Shown: positions 54,615 through 64,000 of the stretch, piece by piece | How positions within the stretch are numbered: position 1 is the first letter of the stretch | Layout: every line of letters begins with the position of its first letter | DNA from: Eledone cirrhosa | Taxonomy: Eukaryota | Direction: 5' to 3' | Length of the DNA: 64,000 nt | Assembly (NCBI GenBank): GCA_964016885.1 | Contig: OZ024742.1 | Span: 111,476,001 to 111,540,000 of the forward strand | Position numbers and translations under genes: made by a program | The notes under the pieces: generated by a model | Databases searched by the model: none | Told to the model about the DNA's origin: nothing | What the model saw: only the letters and a program-made list of their open reading frames with translations

Positions 54615-56249
54615 ATATATATATATGATAAATACACGCATGTATCTACTTACGCATCATAAAAAACTTCAGTTTAGTACGATATTGGCAAGGGATTAGG
54701 TATAACTATAGTTATTTTAAAAGGTATATGATCATATTTGCTATTCTATGGATAAATTCAGAATGACTAAATCTGTTTTTCTTAGCGACATGAGGCTGTT
54801 GTTGTTGCTCCTGTTTATTCGAAGTGCTGGCGTATTATGATAACATTCCAAAGCTATTTTATAGTAAATCGTACTATAGAATTTTTCTTAACTTTTTATA
54901 AACGGTTTCGTGAGTTTCCATGAATATTTTGCTTTCATATTCATCGTGAACATGAATAATAGTATTGTTAATGGTGGTACTAGATGATGTGGATAACAAT
55001 GTTCTTTTCTGTGGTTAAGGCTGATGTTTTGCTATTATTGCTGCGTTGCGGTGCATTAGCAGCAATGATGGCTCTCGCAACAACCATGTCATGTTTTATT
55101 AAAAAAAAACTGTAGTTTATCTGCAATTTCCTTAACTAGGCTGTTAGACATTTGGAGAAATAAAATAGGTCATGATTTAAGGCATTTATACCCGATATTA
55201 CTAGCAGGACAAATGATCGTATATAGGCCGACATATTGGATGGAAGGACGAAGCAATTTACCATCTTCGAATCACTTGTTATTGCACTGAATCATACAAT
55301 TATCATCGAGAAGCATAGAATTATTGTGATATTTCTGGACATTGACTGACATATATTTCGGTTAAATAACTATTTCTATAATAAAAATAAATATTTAAAC
55401 GCGCTGTTGTTGCCAAATATGACAATATGAAAACTGTTTTTTTTAATGAAAACAATGAATTTTTTAAATGCCACGATAGGAAGGAAACGTATTCGTTTTA
55501 ACGTAGATCATTTTAGCCTTGACCAGGTAAAACAGTTGTTGATTTCATCTTTTGAACACGAGAGATTCATAATCAGCCAAAACTAAAACAATTAAAACAA
55601 TAATCTATTTTATTAAGAGTAATCTTTCGTATTTAAATATATTTCGTTTTATATTGAATAAGTATGGATATATTTTCTTTACGTTTGAAAGATTTCGGTG
55701 TTTTACTCACTGCAAATCTAAAATGCTCTTTTAAATTCAAATAAGGATTAATGCCAAATAGTTAAAATCTTCAAGGTAAACAAGATAGTTTTACATAATG
55801 AATGAAAAAAAAATCATAACACATGTGTAAACCCATTATTTGTAATAAGTTTCTGTTTGAAACAGTATAGACAAAATAAAAAAATATTTTCTAAAATAAA
55901 AATAAAAATATTTGCAGGTGTGGATTCTTTGATGTTCAAACATAATTATCAGAAAACGATTTCTTTCTTAATAAAGGGAACCTATAAAATATGATAGTGT
56001 GTGAGTGAATGTGTAAATATTCTACGCGTCTCACTAACCTTAATTATTAATTCTTCTATATATGCTTGATGTTTCTGCTTGATACAAAATGTAGTAGTTC
56101 TCTGAATGATGCGAGGTTTCACTCGATAAATACCAGTGGGAAAGTAATTAAGAAAGCAAGAGCCAAAAATTAACGGAGCCAAACGGAATACTCTAGCTTG
56201 AGTCCTTGTCTGGCTACACAAAACGATATGTTCACCAAGGAAGAACTTG

Positions 56250-57407
56250 AAGTTCAGCAATCAGTGGATGACAGCCGAAGGTGTGTACGTTTCGTGGCAG
56301 CAGAACTCAAGCGACACCAACCAATTCAGACCAATATCACTTCTGTACGTTGGACGTAAAATCTTCTTCTCTCTTATAGCAGCAAGGCTAACTAAATAGT
56401 ATAAGTAGTTCAGATGCATTATTGGAGTGTATTGTGGTGTAGTACAAGCCTTAAATTGGGCGACAATACAAAAAGCTATAGCAAGAAAGAGATATCTTGA
56501 GGGGCATCGATTGATCAGGTAGATACCTACGGTTTGGCCCCACTCAAGGTGTTCCAACTAGTACTTGAGTTAGATTATGTTCCATTGAACATCTGGGAAA
56601 TGGGATAGATGTGTTTTAGTCTTCAACACCAAACAGTACACAAGAGTCTGGATCAATTTGGAAGTCAGTACGGCAATAGGCTCTGCAATCCACCCTCTAC
56701 TATTTCCGTTGGCAATGTAGGGAGGAACGGGTTGGTCATCTCCAATGGTATCCGGAGATGGACTTCGAATGCCACCTCTCAAAGCCTTCATGGACTACCT
56801 TGCAGTCCTTGACACAAAGGAGCAGGAAACACATAAGCACTGAGACTGTTAGCTGAAGTACTTGCATCTCCCAGAATGAGGTTCGAACAAAATAAAACCT
56901 GTAGACTGTTTCTGTGGTGGGCGAAGGTATCGAGAATACTCGTGTTCACAATAACCAGCAAAAGTATTGCAATACTGACTGCGTAACTAGTCAAAAGCCT
57001 CGGAAGTTGGTACGACGACATCATAAAATACGATATAGGGGAATCGAAACCAAGAAAATGCCGGAAGAAAGTTTGCAGGTCATAGACAAATTTAGCCTCT
57101 GTACCAAATACAATATCTGGTGTTTGTAGTTCATGTTGATCCCAAAGCGGCTTCCGGCACCTACTGGTACAGGGTGTCATGCCTAGTACAGTAGAGGTCA
57201 TGCAGGCTAAAATCAACATATACACAAGAGGGAGATTGGTATTCTACGGGTTTCATTGAAGTTGCATTCTACTGTCAACAGTCCAAGCTGATATTACATT
57301 TCAAACCCACAATTGAACAGTACAAACAATGAAATGCAATGCGTTTAACTATATTTGAAGCCACGGAACTGAAGGCCATGAGCTCGATACGGTACGATCT
57401 GAAGACT

Positions 57408-57410
<3 letters not shown>
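56250..57410 (+). mobile_element. Decayed HERO-like (RLE-type) non-LTR retrotransposon fragment
   Basis: WMTAEGVYV..NQFRPISLL..KIFFS, WINLEV, PPLKAFMDYL, VKSLGSWY, IDKFSL..KYNIWCL resemble HERO-clade RT. Confidence 0.7.
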
Positions 57411-57475
<65 letters not shown>

Positions 57476-57557
57476 CCAATAGTAGAACACTGGTGGGTTA
57501 TATTCGTAGTAGTAGACCACTCAGTCCACGTGACGAGTTTGGTAGAAGTAGTTCACC

Positions 57558-57868
57558 ATATATATATATATGAAACTGAGGATGACTGGCTGTGTGTGTG
57601 TGAGTTTGAATCCCTAAAACTCGAGAACCACACAACCGACTGTTTTCAAACTTTGCACATGTAATACTTCTGTTTCAGGGAGTGTTCTGAGAAAAAAGAG
57701 TGTCAAATTTTCAATGCCCTAGGGACCGTATTGGGTGATTTAGCGATCGCTCTCTATAATTCTTAGTCTTTCTCTTTTTAGATAGATACATACATATAAC
57801 GTTGCGCCTTTATAATATTTGTCTGTATGTCTGACTGTCTGCATTACATCACTTACATGTCTCTATGA

Positions 57869-57933
<65 letters not shown>

Positions 57934-58469
57934 TTTGAATCCCTAAAACTCGAGAAGAACCTAACCGACTTTTTTCAAACTTTACATGTGTATTACATAT
58001 GTTGCAGGGAGTGTTATGCACTTAAAAAAATCCAACTTTCTCATCCCCTAGAGCCAGCATTAGTTGAAAAACTGCGTTTTTTCAGGTTTTGGGGGCTTTT
58101 TGAGTTGCTACGTCAGACCGTTTTCCTTGAAATTGTAACTATGTATTAGTCAGTCTCTTCACACCGTGAGCCAAGAAAATCCAACTTTGTTATGGCCTAA
58201 GTCCCGCATTAGGTGAAAATCTTCATTTTTTCAGCTTTTTAGGGCTTTTTTGAGGCGTTACATTCTTGATCCCCTAGGGCCTACATTAGGTGAAAACCTG
58301 CATTTTTCCTGCTTCATCGAGAAAAATCTTCAAGATTATCCAGCCATCAGAGTATTCAGTTTATTTTCTTTACATATTGACTAAGCATGCAGTTTTTCCA
58401 TGATTAGGTCTGTTGGCGGTCCGTGTTCCAAAATACCTTATCTCGTACAACGCCGGGTACCACTACTAG
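57558..58469 (+). mobile_element. Non-autonomous Helitron-like element with internal repeats
   Basis: 3' end CGTACAACGCCGGGTACCACTACTAG|T. Internal duplications GAGTTTGAATCCCTAAAACTCGAGA (57602, 57931) and a thrice-repeated CATTAG(G/T)TGAAAA unit. Confidence 0.6.
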
Positions 58470-58485
58470 TATATATATAAACATA

Positions 58486-59004
58486 TATTGAAAGAGTAAA
58501 GAATAACATGGTCAACAATACAAAAATGGGTTTTATTTATATTCTGACAATTGTTTCACAGATTAAGTTGTCTAAAAATTGCTGAACACTTGAAGCAGTG
58601 CCTCTCAATTTTAAATACGTTGTTAGCTTAACTAAATCATCAGAGAAAACTCTTATATGTTCAGTAATTTTAGGAATTCAAATTACAGCATCATTAATAA
58701 TATTAATAGTATTTAAAATTGAGTGGCACTGATCCAAGTGTTCAGTAATTTTTAGACAACTTAATCAGTGAAACAATAGTCAGACTGTAAATAAAACCAC
58801 CTTTTTCTTCTGTTGACCATGTTATTCTTTACTCTTTCAATACTATTACTCCATGATAAACTTACATTGGAATACAAGAGAACTCAGAAACTCGCCAGCT
58901 ACGTAAACCCCTTGTTGAGTCAAACAACGCCGTACCTTAAAACTATCCATAATACGAAGTTTTTACGTCAAACTGGTTTACCTATAACGATATTTTGTTC
59001 CCTT
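58486..59004. mobile_element. Fold-back element with ~133-bp arms plus tail, between (TA)n tracts
   Basis: 58486-58618 is the reverse complement of 58709-58842; the tail continues to (TA)n at ~59004. Confidence 0.8.
58542..58647 (-). ncRNA. Type I hammerhead ribozyme motif (minimal stem III with palindromic loop)
   Basis: Minus strand: TTCT-CTGATGA-...TTAAG...CTTAA...-GAAAC-AATT-GTC-AGAA. Stem II is imperfect at its base. Confidence 0.65.
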
Positions 59005-59039
59005 ATATATATATTTATATATATATATATATATATATG

Positions 59040-59330
<291 letters not shown>

Positions 59331-59453
59331 TATATAGATATATATATATTAAAATAACAGATTAAAGTTTAAGGAAAGAATCGCTGCTTTCCCCCTTAAC
59401 GGGATCTTCTTATCGAGCCCTCTTTGGATTTTAGTCTTCAAATTTATTATTAT

Positions 59454-59527
<74 letters not shown>

Positions 59528-59933
59528 ATATATATACACATATATATATATATATATATACATATGTATATATTTATATATATATATATATGTATATATG
59601 AACGTGTGTTTGTGTGTATTTAAATATCTGGATGTTGATTTGGTAAAACCCAGGGCAAATTTTGAATGACTTCAGAATCATTTTTATCAATGTTATTTGA
59701 ATGAGTTCGACATTTCTGTTCACTCGGTGGTTGACGTATGTGAACATTGATATATTATAGATTTAGTAGTGAGCCTCAACTAGACATCGTCAATCTAGAA
59801 TAAAATAAATTTCCCTTGATAACGTAGGCAATGTTGCCTGCTTTATGTAGTTGTGTCTATACAAAAGTGCTGCAATATGACACACACACACACACACACA
59901 CACACAAGGACATATATATATAAATATATATCT

Positions 59934-60107
<174 letters not shown>

Positions 60108-60118
60108 GTATATATATA

Positions 60119-60167
<49 letters not shown>

Positions 60168-60200
60168 ATATGTGTGATTAAGTGTGTGTGTATTATATAA

Positions 60201-60237
<37 letters not shown>

Positions 60238-60564
60238 TTCATTCGGAGAATTGATTTTTCTTACCCAGGAGGATGATAAGACTAGAGTATTATAGGTATC
60301 GGCATTAAAAGGTGATATCGATTACTCCTCAACACGTCATCAGCTTATAGTAGATGAGAGCCTGCGCATTTCATGTGAAGATACAGTAAATTCGTTTCAT
60401 TCAAGAAGCCTATGAATAATATGATGTTTTGTTTTACATTGAATTATATTTGGGTGTATATATACACGTATATTTTTATATGCCCATATAGCTATACTTC
60501 TCTATTTTTACATCTATATCTATATAAGTATATGCATTTATATATGTATATATATGTATGTATG

Positions 60565-60628
<64 letters not shown>

Positions 60629-61052
60629 CGTGTGTGTGTGTGTAGATTCTTTACTTTCTGTTGACATGTTCTTCAGAAACATTACAATATGTTGAGCACA
60701 CCATTGCGTCCGGTGTTTATAGAATCTGATTGATTCTTCCGATGCTATGTCAACTTTACAACATACCACGCTGAACCATGATGCATATCAATTGACGTCC
60801 TTAACCACGTGACAGCCATTCAATTGATTAAAATAAATTCTCGTTACAAATACTACCTGTTGAATTCCCACTTTGTGTGGATATGACAATCATCCACTCA
60901 AATCTTCATTAAAACATTTACACAAATATATATGAGCAGACCGAACAGGTGAATGCTGTTTAGACTAAAATTTCCGAAACTATAAAGATAGCTATTTAGC
61001 TAACAAAAGTAGGTGGATGACCATAATATAGTGAAATAAAAAAACAGTTGAA

Positions 61053-61517
61053 TGTATGTATGTTCGGTTTTATAATTTCACAAAGTTTTACCAATAGAGA
61101 GCGAGTCGGTTTCTAACATAGATACAAGATACATTGGAATTTACACAATATCAACTAGGTAGATATGTACGTATGTATGCATGTGTAGATATGAATGTTA
61201 TTGTATGTGTGGATGTGGATGTTTTGAGTTGTATGTGTGCATGTGTATATGCTTGGCATCAGTACATGTGTATATGCAGTTATTAGATGCAAAATGTTTG
61301 GAATGTTTTACATATTTTTACTGTTCCATTAATGGATTGTACTTGTAATTTCCTAACTAGTTGTGTTCTTTCTGTTCTTGTGAAGCCTAGCTTCTCGAGA
61401 TTTGTATTGAGGCAGTAACTAACATAACCCACTGCCCCAATAATCACAGGCATAAATCTGAAGGTGTAATCAGGGTGGAGTATCTGCAGATTTCTCATCA
61501 GTTCTGCATAAATATTG
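61053..61517 (-). mobile_element. 5'-truncated R4-clade element (family X)
   Basis: MRNLQILHPDYTFRFMPVIIGAVG and 3' UTR match 31510-31975; bounded by CATA repeats at both ends. Confidence 0.9.
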
Positions 61518-61608
61518 TATGTATGTATGTATGTTTGTATGTATGTATGTATGTATGTATGTATGTATGTATGTATGTATGTATGTATGTATGTATGTGT
61601 GTATGTAT

Positions 61609-63320
61609 GTTATCTCTTTCTCTTAATTTCGAGTATAGTTTTTTAACCGGCCAACTTCCTGGTGGCAAGGTTGTAAAAGAAAAGAAATTGTCATCCCTTG
61701 AATAGCAAGAATGTTTTGAAATTTTGAAGGTGCCAGTTATCGCAGCCATTTGTAGACTATGAATTAGGGAGCTGCGCTTTTTGTCCGAAAATCCAAGTTC
61801 AGTCATACTTTGGTCCAAGCGGGTTGGTATATAACCCGTAGCTCCAATAATGATGGGTATGAAGCTAAAGGTGTATCTTGGATACTGGATTTGTAAACTC
61901 CTCAACAATGGTCCGTAGATGTCCTCCTTCTCCTGTATTTTTCTGACAACGTTTACATCAAGTGGGCAGCTGATCTCCACAACAGAACACGTTTTCAATG
62001 TGTGGTCCCAAACAACAATATCAGGCCGGTTGTGCTTTAATTTGGTGGCAGTTTTTATTGTCAGGTTCCACAAGTATTTCTTAGTGCCATCTGTCTCAAT
62101 ATATTCTTCCTCGTTTATTGTTAATTTTGTTTTCCGAAGTGAGTTCCAGATAGTTCTAGCTATCCCATCGTGTCTCATGGGGAGGTAGTAGCGAGATGAC
62201 ATTCTTTCGCAGCTGGCAACAATGTGGCTTACATCCTCGATCTTTGTTTTACATAGCCTACATTTATTGTCAGCTGCTGGCCCTCCTCTTTTGTGCAGCA
62301 GATATTTGGTAGGGAGTTCTTGTTCCTGTATTGCATAGAGATATCCCTCAAGGTGTGATGTCATAAACTTATCGGAATTCGATGCCAGGCTTTTTGAGTG
62401 GTTTATCCCCTCTCTGGTCTGTGTCTTACGTCTCAAGTATCCATGCACAACTTTCTCTGTAAATTGGTCAATTCTTTCATGTTTGAACATTGAATAGGAT
62501 CTTCCGATTTCTCTGGGTGAGAGATTTATATCAGGCTTTATTCCATATCTGTCCTCCAGATCAGTCGCTATTCTAATATTTTTTTTTCATGCTCATAAAC
62601 CTGGGCGAGATGGTTGCCAACCTTTTTCCTCTGTTGAAGGTGTTGCTTCAGTGTTACTATCCGGGTCTCATATGTTGTTAATATTGATTTTAGACCCCGA
62701 CCACCTTCCTTGCGTGAGAAGTATAACCTATCAACATCACCATTGATGTTAAAGTTCCCAGTAAAACTGATAAGTTTGCGAGTTTTAACATCCATCTCAC
62801 TTAGTTCTTGCAATGACCAGTTCAGCAGGCCAAATGTTGGCGTTAGTATTGGCACAGCATAAGTATTGTGGGCAATGTATTTGTTGTACGCTGACAGTTG
62901 TGATGACCATATTTTCTTTACTCTTCTTAGGTATTCAGTTCTGGTTCTCTCCTTATTTATGGGTCCATCATATCTGACATTCTCATTCTGTCCAAGATAT
63001 CTGTAGTTGTCACCTGACTGTAGAGGTCGTATTGTCAGGCTGTTCATCTCTAGATTTCTAGAGGAGGGCACAGCTCTTCCACGTTTTACTGCCAAATATG
63101 CACACTTGAACTCACCAAATTTCATTTTTATGTCTGTTGAAAATTGTGTAATGAGGTCCAATTGTTTCTTGATGTCATTGGTATTTGGCCCATACAACTT
63201 CAACAACTTCAGGTCATCAACAAAGAAAAGAAAAGAGATACTTCTGTACCCACTTCTTTGTCCACCTTCTTTCCTGAGTAGGTAAGATAGTGGATTCAGT
63301 GAGAGAACGAAGAGTAGCAC
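61609..63320 (-). mobile_element. 5'-truncated R4-clade element (family Y)
   Basis: FFVDDLKL, YRYLG, EGGRGL, AIQEQEL, CRLC..HIVASC, RHD, NRPD, EISCP. (TACA)n tracts at 61518-61608 and 63321-63394. Confidence 0.92.
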
Positions 63321-63394
63321 TGTATATATGTATGTATGTATGCATGTATGTATGTATGTATGTATGTATGTATGTATGTATGTATGTATGTATG

Positions 63395-64000
63395 TTTTCT
63401 CTTTCTCTTAATTTCGAGTATATTATTTTGACCGGCCACCTTCCTGGTGGCAAGGTTGTAAAAGAAAAGAAATTGTCATCCCTTGAATCGCAAGAATGTT
63501 TTGCAAATTTTGAAGGTGCCAGCTATCGCAGCCATTTGCAGACTATGAATTAGGGAGCTGCGCTTTTTGTCCGCAAATCCAAGTTCAGTCATACTTTGGT
63601 TCAAGCGGGTTGGTATATAACCCGTAGCACCAATAATAATGGGTATGAAGCTAAAGGTGTATCTTGGATACTGGATTTGTAAACTCCTCATCAATGGTCC
63701 GTAGATGTCCTCCTTCTCCTGTATTTTTCTGACAACGTTTACATCAAGTGGGCAGCTGATCTCCACAACAGAACACGTTTTCAATGTGTGGTCCCAAACT
63801 ACAATATCAGGCCGGTTGTGCTTTAATTTGGAGGCAGTTTTTATTTTCAGGTTCCACCATTATTTCTTAGTGCCATCTGTCTCAATATATTCTTCCTCGT
63901 TTGTTGTTAATTTTGCTTTCCGAAGTGCTTTCCAGATGGTTCTAGCTATCCCACCGTGTCTCATGGGGAGGTAGTAGCGAGATAACATTCTTTCGCAGCT
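63395..64000 (-). mobile_element. Second family Y R4-clade copy, running off the window
   Basis: Near-identical to 61609-62215. Confidence 0.92.

Noticed and set aside
60275-60350. Minus-strand CTGATGA...CGATAC...GTC downstream of a TA tract
   Set aside because: The GAAA core is mutated and stem I is out of register; at best a decayed hammerhead.
61498-62490. 330-aa ORF spanning two elements
   Set aside because: A frameshift near the RLE end lets the frame run through the 3' UTR and the (TACA)n tract; not a real fusion.

Overview
AT-rich, microsatellite-dense eukaryotic intergenic or intronic DNA. The SINE family and repeat landscape suggest an octopod cephalopod (inference). No host gene or exon could be supported. 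Almost all recognisable content is transposable elements: a near-intact full-length Tx1/L1-clade LINE (34223-40135) plus truncated relatives; several R4/Dong-clade RLE retrotransposons; decayed CRE-, HERO- and RTE-like fragments; tRNA-derived SINEs; a deleted Tc1; two non-autonomous Helitron-like elements; and a 2-kb foldback element. The most striking unannotated signal is a set of unrelated non-coding elements anchored in (TA)n tracts, mostly fold-back (inverted-repeat) structures, that carry complete or half type I hammerhead ribozyme motifs (about 10.6-11.2, 26.1, 33.0, 54.4, 58.5 and 59.1 kb; decayed candidates at 18.5 and 43.8 kb). They resemble non-autonomous Penelope-like/retrozyme termini. 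The retroelements also partition by microsatellite: (ATT/TAA)n for Tx1, Dong and the SINE, (TACA)n for two other R4-like families, and (TA)n for the ribozyme elements. The SINE 3' tail resembles the Tx1 3' end. All alignments and folds were done by eye.
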